This document shows positions 38,779 through 50,381 of a stretch of 64,000 nt of DNA, piece after piece; the first letter of the stretch is position 1, and each line of letters begins with the position of its first letter. Source of the DNA: Malacoraja senta (lineage: Eukaryota); the NCBI GenBank assembly GCA_038087875.1, contig CM075988.1, forward strand, positions 19,284,001 to 19,348,000, given 5' to 3'. The position numbers and the translations under genes are program-made. Below the pieces are notes generated by a model. It was not told where the DNA came from. It made no database searches and was given only the letters and a program-made list of their open reading frames with translations.

Positions 38779-38940
38779 AAGATAGACACAAAATGCTGGA
38801 GTAACTCAGCGGGACAAGCAGCATCTCTGGAGAGAAGGAATGAGTCTGAAGAAGGGTCTCAACCTGAAACATCACCCATTCCTTCTCTCCAGAGATGCTG
38901 GCCATCCCGCTGAGTTACGCCAGCATTTTGTGTCTATCTT
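38779..38940. mobile_element. Penelope-derived palindromic unit with a hammerhead motif in the loop
   Basis: ~64-bp inverted arms enclosing CTGAAGA-AGGGTCTCAACCT-GAAACATC. Confidence 0.75.
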
Positions 38941-39926
38941 GGGTGGTAGGACAATTAGGCTGGAGTTAATGGGTATGTAAGTGAGAAGAGTTTACTCGAA
39001 TATAACTGGAGAAATTAGCCTGTTTGGTTGGCTCAATAAATCCAGCATAGACTCAAAAGGCCAAATAGCCACCGACTGTGTCATATGAAAATATGAAAAA
39101 TAATGAAAAAGGTAAAAGTCCTCCCTCCTTTCATCTATTGTAAGGATAACTGATGCTCCTTCCTAATAAGTATCAGCTTTGCCAGCCTCTGGACTGAACA
39201 AAGAGCCATTCTCATTATTTTCTGCCATTACTAGGATATATGTTTCTCCATGTGATCTTTTTTTGTCTTGGCAAGTGGAAGATAAAACATTCTTTCATAG
39301 TGTGGCTTGGACTATAAACTTCAAGAGAGGCGTATTGAACTCTGTAATGGATTATGGGGTTTCTGTGCAGACATTACATATATATATTGATCACACACTT
39401 AAATATCCTCAATGAAAAAAGTAACAAAGACATGAATTTTCTGTATCAAGATGACCCTATCTGTTACTGGGATCCATTAGTAAGAAACTACTGATTAATG
39501 CTGTTCCCTTGGTAGCTTTAGACTAATGAGAGACTTTAAGCATGGATGGTGAAATATAAACTCTCATCTGGTCTCTTTGAGCGGCTGTAGTTCCATGGTG
39601 GAAGACGAAAGGATTCTCATCCCTTCTGAGGGGAACCTGCCTCAGATATTCATCTCTGGTGTGATTGCCATGTGTCCCCATTACTTTGAAAAATAATTTG
39701 CAGCATAAGCTACGTGAAGTGTCTGCTTATCAAAAGGAAGGCTCTGACATCCCGTGAAGCTCCAGAACCGTGCTTGCAGGAGGTAAATGTGTATTCCAGA
39801 TGGCTGTGCTAATATGAAAGGGGCTGTGTGGCACAAAGGATGGTGCGGGCGCTGGGAGATCAAATCATCTCAAACTGTGACTACCAGGTTCCTTGCAACC
39901 GTCAGGCTTTGAACACTACACTAGCC

Positions 39927-40563
39927 GGGCGACTCAGTGGTGCATCGCAGGAGTTGCTCCCTTACAGTGCCAGAGACCCGGGTTTGATTCTGATGATAGG
40001 TGCTGATTGTATGGAGTTTATAGGTTCTCCCTGTGACCGCGTGAGTTTTCTCCGGCTGCTCCTGTTTCCTCCCACACTCCAGAGACGTACAGGTTTGTAG
40101 GTTAATTTGCTTTGGTAAAATTGTAAATTGTCCCTAGTGTGTCGGATAGTGTTAAACCCCTGTCCCACGGTACGAGTTCATTCCAAGAGTTCTCCCGAGT
40201 TTGCCCTGATTCGAACTCAGAGATTTACAGTAATGGCCACTCGTCGGTACTCAGGGCTCTCGTGGACATTTTTCATCATGTTGAAAAATCTTCATGAGTC
40301 TTCCCGTGCTTACCTGCCATTAGCGAGTCTTCCCGAGTACCTGCCGTTAGCGTTAAGAGACGTCCCCGAGCTCCAACGTACCTGCTACGTTCATTCTCCG
40401 TGCTAACCACGAGTTTGATTTTTTTTTTTTACTCGGGAGAGCTCTTGGAATGAACTCGTACCGTGGGACAGGGCTATTAGTGTTAGTGATCTCTGATCAG
40501 CATGGACTTGTTGGGCTGAAGGGCTTGTTTCCACACTGTAACTCTAAAGTCTAAAAGTCTAAA
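39927..40563 (+). mobile_element. V-SINE interrupted by a MITE
   Basis: SINE resumes after 40476. Confidence 0.8.
40155..40476. mobile_element. PIF/Harbinger-type MITE
   Basis: ~43-bp TIR CCCTGTCCCACGGTACGAGTTCATTCCAAGAG...; TTA TSD. Confidence 0.85.
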
Positions 40564-41045
40564 TACCAACCACTACCTCAGCAACTATGATGTACTATTG
40601 ACTTTGTTTTGGTTGCACTGTGCTTCAGTTTCGTATTATTATGGTCTGTTTACCTAATATTAATGATGATTAATTTATTGTATTAATGTATATTTATTTA
40701 TTTGTTATTTCATTAATGGTCCTGTAAAACTGCAGCAATAGAATCATTCTCGTGAATCTCATCTGTATCATTTCTAAGGCCTTTGTGTTATGTCCGAAAC
40801 ATTGCCCAACTATTCCCTCCACAGATGCTGCCTGACCCGCTGAGTTCCTTCAGCACTTTGGGTTTTAATGTTATTCCTATGTTGTTGGCCTGAAATGAGC
40901 AGAAACCCTCATTTATAAAGTTTCATCATGACACCGCTGGGACTGGACCATTTCTGCTGCATAAAATGTGACATTGTTGACCAGTTGATACCAAGATTCA
41001 GACCAAGATTAAATCCCGAGTTGTGATTTAATTGACTCCCTGTAA

Positions 41046-41358
41046 AGGCCCTGTCCCACTTTCCCGAGTTACTCACGAACTCTCCCGAGTTTTCCCCTTG
41101 ATTCGAACTCGGGGAATGTCGGGGAATGTCGGTAGCGAGCTCGTAGGAGCCCGTAGGAGTCCGTAGATGTTTCGTAGCGGCTCGTAATGCCAGCCATAGG
41201 AACTCGGGGCATCAGGTAAGTCGGGACATTTTTTCAACATGTTGAAAAATGTCCACGAGTTTAAAAAAATAGCCCTGAGTACCCACGAACGGCTATTACC
41301 GTTCAAGGGGAAAACCTGGGAGAGTTCGTGAGTAACTCGGGAAAGTGGGACAGGGCCT
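41046..41358. mobile_element. PIF/Harbinger-type MITE
   Basis: TIR AGGCCCTGTCCCACTTTCCCGAGTTACTCACGAACTCTCCC; perfect TAA TSD. Confidence 0.9.
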
Positions 41359-42662
41359 TAATTTGCAAGCTGCCAACAATCACAAAAAAATAGCTGGCCT
41401 CTCTGCACTGTTTGGTCTTATTGGTGCCCCTTAGAACTGCAAACTTACCTTCGAGGATGCTTTCTCCACTCTGTCAGGCAAACTGCAATAGCCAGTATTT
41501 CAATGGTCCAATTCTATTTTATTGCCACATGTACCAAAGTGCAGTGCAAGTCTTTATATTTGAATACAGTTCAATGACAATCCTACTGTACTTTAGGCAC
41601 AATCATGCTAAGTATAAGTGTAAGGCAGTAGACCACAATGAGTCAAGAGTGGCCATGTTTTGGGCACTATCTTATACCCTTCAAGTCCAATTAAATTTTT
41701 TTTTTAAAATAGTTCCTCGAATACCACAATATTTGTTACCAAGCCACATATTAAGACAGATGCTCGGTGGAAAGAATAGGTTGTAAGGAGCTTTATCAAG
41801 ATGGAGAAAGAAGGAGAGGTAGATAAAATTGGAGAGATCACGGACCTTGGCAGCTGAGGGCACAGCTGTTAATGGGAGAGTAATTGAATTTTGGAATAAG
41901 CTTTTCCGCGTAATCTCTTTCCTACTGATCAGCAGTTTATCCAGAATCTGATCCGCCTGGCTAAAAGCCTCCAATTGGGAAACCCAATCCTCGGGAGCTC
42001 ACAAAGGGCTCACCGCACTGTCAAAGGATTGCACACTTGCTTGAACGGTGCATCTGTTAATGTAGGAATGAATCAATTGTTCACCCAGTTATGGCATGGC
42101 TTGCCAGTCAGTGATAACTTCTCTTTCCATTTTTCCTTGAACACAAATCGATCACCGTGCCTGAGTGTGCCTTTTGACCATTGCTTGTTTCATTTGCTAA
42201 TCGCAGCTCATTCATTAAACACATATAATAACATTGGAACAGAGCAGGCCCTTGCACGGAAATGATATCCGAGTCTGTGAGGTATTCTATATAATTTAGA
42301 GCAGGTAAGTGTCCGGTGTATAGGCTGTTCTTGAACCTGGAGGTCATGGTTTTCAGGTTTCTGCACCTTCTACTCCTTCAGTAGTGAGGTGGGAGTGTGG
42401 GCAGGGGGGTGTGGGCCTTTGATGACATTACCTGTCTTTTCGGGTAGCACCTCCTGTAGATTGTTTCCCAGGGACACTTTCGGAGATGAACACTGTCTGG
42501 TAGATCACCCACTTGGTGAAAGTTGCACCAGTCAGGTCAAAGCTCTTTGGTCTTACAGTGTAGGGGGATGTCCACAAGTGAATGCCTTCGAATGGCACAT
42601 TCAAGTCTGCTGGAGACCATGCTGAGGGATGCACTGAAGCTCGGTGCAGCCAATATGGCCTT

Positions 42663-42953
42663 GGTGGCATGGTGGTGCAGTGGTAGGGTTGCTGCCTTAC
42701 AATGCCAGAGACCCAGGGTGGATCCTGACTACGGGTGCTGCCTATGCAGAGTTTGTATGTTTTCCTGTGACCTGCGTCGGTTTTCTCCAGTAGCGGTTTC
42801 TTCCCATACTCCAAAGATGTGCAGGTTTGTAGGTTAATTGGCTTGGTAGAATTGTAAATGGTGTATAGGATAGTGTTAGTGTGCGGGGATCGCTGTTTGA
42901 CGTGGACTCGGTGTGTCGAAGTGCCTGTTTCCGCACTGTATCTCTAAACTAAA
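42663..42953 (+). mobile_element. V-SINE (HE1-like)
   Basis: Head, V-domain, tail. Confidence 0.8.
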
Positions 42954-42974
42954 CAATGCAAAGACTCTGTGGTC

Positions 42975-43506
42975 CTGTCACCACACCCTCTCAAACTCTT
43001 CAAGGGTGTGGCGCCTGGTTTGGCAATTCAAACGCCCGGTAATGAAAGAGACCACAGAGAGTGGCAGACTTTGCCCAGTCCATCACGGATACTGACCACC
43101 CCACCAACGAAGGGATCTACAGGAGGTTCTGCCAATATCAACAAAGACTCACACCATCCCGGCCACGCTGTCATCTCGCCCCTACCATAGGGAAGAAGGT
43201 ACGGAGCCTGAAAACCATGCCCACCAGGTTCAGGAGCAGCTTCTTCCCAGTAACCATCAGGCTCTTGAACACTGCACGACACTAACCTCAGCAACTATGA
43301 TCTTCGATGGACTGTATCTTTAATTGAACTACAATTTTGACCATTATGGTTACTTAGTATTACAGTTATTAATTTCTTGTATTATTGATTATTATATATT
43401 TATCTGTGGGTTGTGGTGTTAATGGGCTTGTTATGCTGCTGCAAGTAAGTATTTAATTGTTCCATTGTTGGTACATAAGACAATTAAACACTCTTGACAC
43501 TTGACA
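42975..43506 (+). mobile_element. Rex1/Babar-type LINE 3' fragment
   Basis: AQSIT..KDSHHPGHAVISPLP..RSLKTMPTRFRSSFFP. Confidence 0.7.
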
Positions 43507-44099
43507 TTGTAAGACTGTTTTGATGTAGTGATACAATAATTGTTGGGTGTATTTCCTGCATTTATTATTCTGAATAAAGTATATCTTTGAAATAAAACCC
43601 CCCACAAACGTTTGAAAAAAAAACGATTGGGTTTGCTGAAGAGTGGAGTTAGCAGAGATGATGATTCTATTAAGATGCTGTGAAATTCCTGATTAAGCCC
43701 TTACCAGACTTTTTTTGTGATGGTACACACTGGTATAATCTACTGGCAGTGCTAAAATGTTCAAAACTAGGTTTTACAATTTTTAGAATTTTTAATATTA
43801 GAAAAATATTACTAAAGATTAAAAAATAAAACGTGTTACTTACATTAGACGGATGAGTGTTTAAAAAGCTTGTACAGCTTGTGGGATGATGATCTGCCGT
43901 AGACACCAACAGAATGAGTTGCGTACTGGCACCATCTTTGTCTGAAAAATAATCACTGGAAATATGTCCAGTATACCAACTTAGTCGGCATGCCTAATGT
44001 GGGCTGAAGGGTCTGTTTCCATGATGTACAGCTCTATGACTATGTATCTTTTTCCAAACCAGTCTTTGAAACATTTGTCAAAAGCATTGTGCAATCAAT

Positions 44100-44852
44100 G
44101 CGGGATGAAACCAGAGCACCCAGGGAAAACCCACGCCGTCACAGGGAGAACGTAAAAACTCCGTACAGACAGCACTCGTAGTCTGGATCAAACCCAGGTC
44201 TCTGGCGCTGTAAAAGGCCTGTCTCACGAATCTGCGGTCATTGGCGGCGAAACGGGAAGAATCTGCCGCCATAGACCGCGCACTCGTGAGAAAGAACAAT
44301 TCCCGGGCCGTGCGACGGTGTTCCCAACACCGCGCGGTGCTAAAATAAAATCGACAATGTCGAAAACACTATACTCACCGCACAACCTCCACCAGTGATG
44401 CACAAGTGCGGCACGGCCGCTCGCACGGGCCGCCGCCAGTGTGGGTCGAGCGCCGTGCGTCAAACCTCCTCTACCACAGCCTCCGCCAGTGAGGCACGTG
44501 CCGCCGCCAGTGAGGCACGTGTGCTGCGCGGCCGCAGTCACAGCCACCGCTACAGCGCCGCGATCAGGATGGCCGCCGCCACAGCCGCCGCTGGTAAGTC
44601 ACGTGCGGCGGGCCGACGTCATCGCAGTCGGCCCGCCCTTTTTTACTTACCGCAAGCACGTGGGACCCGCCGTGTTTGAATTAACTCGGCCCCCGCGCAA
44701 CATCCGTGCGGCGCTCCGGTGGATAGGCTCGACGCTCTCGCCGTTGCCGCCCGGTCCTCGCTACCGGCGACGCCGCGCTTCACCGCCGATGACCGCAAAC
44801 AGGTAAGACAGAGCCTTTAGGCAGCAACTCTACCACTGCGCCACTGTGCTGC
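44100..44852 (-). mobile_element. V-SINE interrupted by a MITE
   Basis: SINE head is contiguous across CTGTAA|GGCAGC. Confidence 0.75.
44214..44816. mobile_element. GC/CpG-rich Harbinger-type MITE
   Basis: Imperfect 38-bp TIR (AAGGCCTGTCTCAC..TGCGGTCATTGGCGGCGAA); TAA / TTA flanks. Confidence 0.75.
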
Positions 44853-45745
44853 CCCAGTTTTGCACAATTTTCAAAATGTATCAAGGCTCTCTGGATACAA
44901 TAGATTGTGTAAGCCAGGCAGCTGCTGTGCAGTGTTATAGACCATTTAAGGTTCTGTTTGCAAAGGAATTCGCTTCTGCAAGACGCACACATAAAGATGT
45001 CTTCAACAAAAGGAATGGTCAATGGTTATTGATAATGCGAAAGTCCCTGTTCTGTTTAGAAACATAAACATATTTCTCTGTCTCTTAATAACCTTGAACC
45101 ATCCATTTTACAATCTGTTTCCACTGTCAATAGTTTGGGAGCCTGACTATTTCTAAATGAAGTTAATGTCCAAGTCTAATAAACAGGACAAAAAGCATTT
45201 GTCACAATGTTAATTTGATTGCAGCAGATCTCAAAGGACACATTTGTTCCATACTAATGAGTCAATTAGTACTTTGTGTGATGGATCTCCTAGACACTTA
45301 ATCTGATAAAACATGGGAATGAGTATCTATATGGCACTAGTGTAATGGAAGCCTGAATGACACATGGTATGATTAAGCCAAATTCAGGATATTGTATATC
45401 ATTTTTGCTTCCAATATGGGTCAGTTAATGTGATTAGATACTAGACTTCTGTGAATTTAAATTGAAATAAAAGCAACTCCTTCGACAATCTGATTACACT
45501 AATGGCACATTTAAAAAGCCATTAAAGCCATTGAGTTTTAAAAATGCTGTCTTATCAGGTAAGCCTCTGCCTTTGTGCATGTGTTTGCTCATAGGTCACG
45601 GTGATGGATTATACTGGTGAGGCAGGCTAGCCCGACAGAAATCCTAACTGGGTTCAAACACTGCACATTGATTGTCCCTGCAAATAGACACAAGATGCTG
45701 GAGTAACTCAGCGGGACAGGCAGCATCTCTGGAGGGAAGGAATGG

Positions 45746-45778
45746 GTGACGTTTCGAGTCGAGACCCTTCTTCAGACT
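45746..45778 (-). ncRNA. Minimal type I hammerhead ribozyme motif (Penelope-associated)
   Basis: On -: CUGAAGA-A-GGGU(CUCG)ACUC-GAAAC-GUC; best preserved of >20 related motifs; activity untested. Confidence 0.6.
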
Positions 45779-46529
45779 GTCCCTGCAAATCCACGCTCAG
45801 AAGAACATTGTGCAGAACGAAGGAAAGATGTGTGATTTCGTAGCGCCTTTCCTGTAACTGCAGATTGACCCAATTGACTGTCAATGAAGAACTTTTGAAT
45901 TGTGGTCCACCAGCATTTTGCCTTCACCGAGCTGCCTAAACATGGCAATGGCTTATGACCAGATTCTGTGCTTACACTATATCAAAAACAAAGTGCTGAA
46001 GGAACTCAGCGTGTCAGGCAGCATCTGTGGAGGGAATGGATAGACGATGTTTCGGGTTGGCACCTTTCTTCGGACTGATTGGAGTAGGGGAGAGAAAGCT
46101 GGAACAGAGTCAGATTTTTATCACATAAAACGTGATCACTAGAGACCTGAGATAACACTGTGCAGAACCTACTCATCGGGTCAGGCAGCATCTGTGGCGA
46201 GAGGAACTGCTAAACATTTTAGCTCCATGACTTTTCATCAGGCCTGGTAAACTTTCCCATCTCTCATCAATGATCATTGCACTGACATGTTAACTGAAGA
46301 AGGGTCCCAACCTAAACCTTGTCTGTCTATTCCCTCCACAGATTCTGACTTACCCATTGAGTTCCTCCAGCACTTTGTGTTTTGCTCATGATTCTAGCAT
46401 CTGTAGTCTCTTGTGCCACAGGGAGTGATAGAATCATACAGCAAGGAAACAGGCCCTTCGGTCCAACTTGTTCATGCCGGCCAAGACCAAGTTGATCACA
46501 CTGCCATTTATGCTACTCCCACCTGCCCA

Positions 46530-47291
46530 TGTTAATCCTGGTCAAATTGGAGAGGCTGGGACCCTAAAATTGAGTAAAGGCTTCTGGGCTGCTAGGCCAT
46601 TTGGTCAATTTAAAAGTGCTTTCTGTAGAAATGGGACAAGCTGCAGAATGGTGCTAGTTTGTCCAGAGCCTAGATCAGAGCTGCAGGAAGAGAATGGGAA
46701 CATCTGCAGACCCTGACAATTAGGTGCAAAATGCATAGAATGGATTGGATGAATGCAAACCAGACATACACATTGTAAATAATGTTGCAAAGCTTTACTT
46801 TGCTGAATGTTGATTGGATTAAGTATTGAGCCTTGTCTGGTTTTCTTGCATATCAGGGCAAATGTTGCGATGTTTGTTTCCTCTGAGAAACACTGTTTGA
46901 ATACAATGTATTAGCTACTGTATTATTGGGTTAGGGAAATGTCTGTCATGTATGGGGTTAATCAATATCTGTAATTGGATTATAAAGAGACCACCCCAAT
47001 GTGGTTCGGCCCCTTGAGGTCCCAGGACATATAAAAGTCCGCTACCACGAGGTCCTGTGTCGACCATCTGGGAGACCGCTTGGGACTGCGTGACCTTCTG
47101 TGGTGTCTCTGTTTGAGCGAGGCCAAGAGGGCTTGATCAGGCAGATACGAGGATCGAACCCACGGTGGTTAGGTACAGTAGTGGGAACTGTAATTGTGTT
47201 TTGTCAAAATAAAGTTTGATGCGCAAGTGCTTGACTCAGTGATTTTTGACTGAAACTAGACTGGGGGGAAGCTTAGAACGAGCAATTTACA
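46530..47291 (+). mobile_element. Solo LTR (762 bp)
   Basis: TGTTAA...TTTACA; perfect 4-bp TSD CCCA; CCAAT 46996, TATAAAA 47030, AATAAA 47208; splits a CR1 fragment. Confidence 0.9.
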
Positions 47292-47613
47292 CCCACATTT
47301 GGCTTATATGTCTCTAAACATTTTTTATCCAGGTATCTGTCCAAATGTCTTTTAGATGTTGTTATAGTATCTGCCTCAACTACTTCCTCTGGCAGCTTGT
47401 TCCATTTACCCATCACTCTCTATATGCAAAATTTTCCCTTCAGGTTCCTATCAAATCTTTTCCCTCTCACCTCAATCCAATGTCTTACCTCACCTCACCC
47501 TCTCACCTCAATCCCTATTCTGTGCATTTACTCTATCTACTCCCCTCATGATTTTATACACCTCTTTAAGGTCATCCCTCAGCCTCTTGTACTCCAAGGA
47601 ATAAAATCATAGC

Positions 47614-47813
47614 NNNNNNNNNNNNNNNNNNNNNNNNNNNNNNNNNNNNNNNNNNNNNNNNNNNNNNNNNNNNNNNNNNNNNNNNNNNNNNNNNNNNNNN
47701 NNNNNNNNNNNNNNNNNNNNNNNNNNNNNNNNNNNNNNNNNNNNNNNNNNNNNNNNNNNNNNNNNNNNNNNNNNNNNNNNNNNNNNNNNNNNNNNNNNNN
47801 NNNNNNNNNNNNN
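47614..47813. other. Assembly gap (200 N)
   Basis: Run of N. Confidence 1.
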
Positions 47814-48025
47814 CTGTATCTCAGTACTTGTGCCAATAATAAAGCAATACCAATACCAAGTGGACGTAAGCACCAATCAGTTCAATAACATCTGCCTGTA
47901 GAACATATCTGCCCAGTTTTACCTCCTGAATCCAGTCCAAAGCAATGTTAAGAATGGGTAATGAGTTGATATTTTAATTAGTTCATGAGTTAATGGGCTA
48001 ATACGTTAATCATTGAGTTAATGGG

Positions 48026-48602
48026 TGTAGATTAGTGTCACTCATCTTATGAGTCATGCTTTTGTAGTTACGCCCACTAGCTTTACAGTAACCCTCCCTG
48101 CCTGGTTCCCGCATTATTAGAAAAACGTGCTAGCATGAAGTTACCTGTGCTATGTCGTTAATAAAGTCTTGGACCTTTATCATGGTGTAAGGCTTCAGTT
48201 ATTTGGACAGCCGCAACACAACATGGTGTCAGAAGTGGGATATGAACCCACGCCTCCAATTGGTCTCTATTGCACACGTGCTGGTCGTGTTTGTAAGCCG
48301 GTTGTAAAGTACCCGGACTATGTTTGACTTTCCTCCAGTTTATTATCAATTGCTATGCATGCCTTACTTAGTTAATGGGTTGTTGATTCTTTAAGAGGGA
48401 GGATGTAGATCAGTGTCACTCATGTTATGAGTCATGCTTTTGTAGTTACGCCCATTAGATTTACAGTAACCCTCCCTGCCTGGTACCCGCATTATTAGAA
48501 AAACATGCTAGCATGAAGTTACCTGTGCTATGTCATTAATAAAGTATTTGGACCTTTATCATGGTGTGAGGCTTCAGTTATTTGGACAGCCGCAACACAA
48601 CA
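48026..48602 (+). mobile_element. TRIM-like miniature LTR retrotransposon
   Basis: LTRs 48026-48223 and 48404-48602 (TG...CA, ~10 differences), PBS 48224-48241, PPT AAGAGGGAGGA 48393-48403, TSD ATGGG/ATGAG. Confidence 0.92.
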
Positions 48603-48832
48603 ATGAGGAAAGGTATTGAGTTAATGTTAATTAATGGCAATGGGTTAATTAGTTATTGGGTTATTAAGTTAATAAGTTAATGATCAATGAGTTAATGAGA
48701 AATGTGTTAATGAGAAATGAGTTAGGAATATAAACTGTTACATTACCACTGCAGTTGAAGAATGTGGCTCTCCACCCACTACAAGGGCAGTTAAGGATGG
48801 CAAACAATATCAGGTCTTGTCAGCACAATCCT

Positions 48833-48970
48833 GGGTTGGGAGATTGCAACCTTCACGTGGTCCACCCTGTTTCGACTAATGCAATCAACCCGACGTGCAC
48901 AAAGAAATAGATCAAATAGAACAAGTTGACCTACAACTTTCAGCTGTGCACGCCATACGCAAGAAGAAGA
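48833..48970 (+). mobile_element. Short 5'-truncated non-LTR retroposon with (AAG)n tail
   Basis: 11-bp TSD AGCACAATCCT at 48822 and 48971. Confidence 0.75.
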
Positions 48971-49324
48971 AGCACAATCCTACACGTAGAAAAATAGTCA
49001 AATTATATAATATGGATTGACTGGAGAATTAAGCAGGTAAATGGTAGATATTCAGCTGGCTTTCTGAGGTCAAGCGTTCTCCTGGATGAAACTACGATTC
49101 TGTTTCACAAAAGCTAACAAGACCCAAGAGAAGTGGTAGAAATCTTCTCTCTTTCAATCCCACTAAATTAAATGATTTTACGCAGATAGTTGCAATGGAA
49201 ACTGAAGCATGGGTACTAACTAATTCTGCAAGTGCAGATATTGTTTCTGCAGTCAGGTTCAAAGGAAGGTTTAATTCACAAAGTAAATTTAATTCAAGAG
49301 CTTATGTTGTGTTTTGAGCACCAA

Positions 49325-50160
49325 ATGATTGATGTATTCAAGAAAGAGTTACATATGGCTCTTAGGACTAACGGAATCAAGGATAAGGGGAGAAATCAGA
49401 ACGGGGTACTGATTTGGATGATCAGCCATGATCATATTGAACATATTGAACAGCCATGATCATATTCATAACAAGAGGAGTTGAGTACAGGAGCAACGAG
49501 GTTCTGCAGTTGTGCAGGATTCAAGTGAGACCACACCTCACTAGAACCTTGTGTGCAGTTTTGGTCTCCAAATTTGAGGAAGGACATTCTTGCTATTGAG
49601 GGAGTGCAGCGTAGGTTCACAAGGTTAATTCCCGGGATGGTGGGACTGTCATGTGCTGAGAGAATGGAGCGGCTGGGCTTGTATACTCTGGAATTTAGAA
49701 GGATGAGAGGGCATCTTATTGAAACATATAAGATTATTAAGGGTCTGGACACGCTAGAGGCAGGAAACATGTTCCCGATGTTGGGGAGTCCAGAGCCAGA
49801 GGCCACAGTATAAGATTAAGGGGTAAGCCATTTAGAACGGAGATGAGGAAACACTTTTTCACACAGAGAGTTGTGAGTCTGTGGAATTCTCTGCGTCAGA
49901 GGGCGGTGGAGGCTGGTTCTCTGGATACTTTCAAGAGAGAGCTAGCTAGGGCTCTTAAAATAGTGGTCAGGGGATATGGGGAGAAGGCAGGAACAGGGTA
50001 CTGATTGTGGATGATCAGCTATGATCACATTGAATGCGGTGCTGGCTTGAAGGGCCAAATTGCCTACTCCTGCACCTATTGTCTATTGTCTATTGAAAGG
50101 CAATGCTGGCTCAAAGGGCCGAATGCACCTATTTTCTATGCTTCTATATTTCTATGTATG
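49325..50160 (+). mobile_element. CR1 LINE 3' fragments
   Basis: QFWSPNLRKDILAIEGVQRRFTRLIPG; 3'UTR and tails. Confidence 0.85.
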
Positions 50161-50381
50161 TGAAAATCCATTGCTAAGTGTAAGGGCTTTAACATATTCT
50201 ATGGGTGGGGAACTAGCTTATTTTCAAGAGTGCAACTAATGGATAATCAGCCCTATCACAAACTATGCTCAAATACCAGATGTCCCAGGTTCTATGCTTC
50301 CTTAGAAAACCCAATCCTTTAACTTAATAAACATAGTACTGGAAAAACTCAGCGGGTCAGGCAGCATTACTGGAGGACATA

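Noticed and set aside
41449..41482. Possible minus-strand 34-nt exon (GTAAGT donor)
   Set aside because: Weak acceptor, length not divisible by 3, no supporting exons.
44224..44806. Ala/Arg/Pro-rich ORFs, or a gene-promoter CpG island
   Set aside because: Bounded by TIRs and inserted in a SINE; the ORFs reflect GC richness.
16414..47291. The two LTRs as ends of one provirus
   Set aside because: Opposite orientation, separate TSDs, no gag/pol between them.
47579..47876. ORFs spanning X residues
   Set aside because: They cross the N gap.
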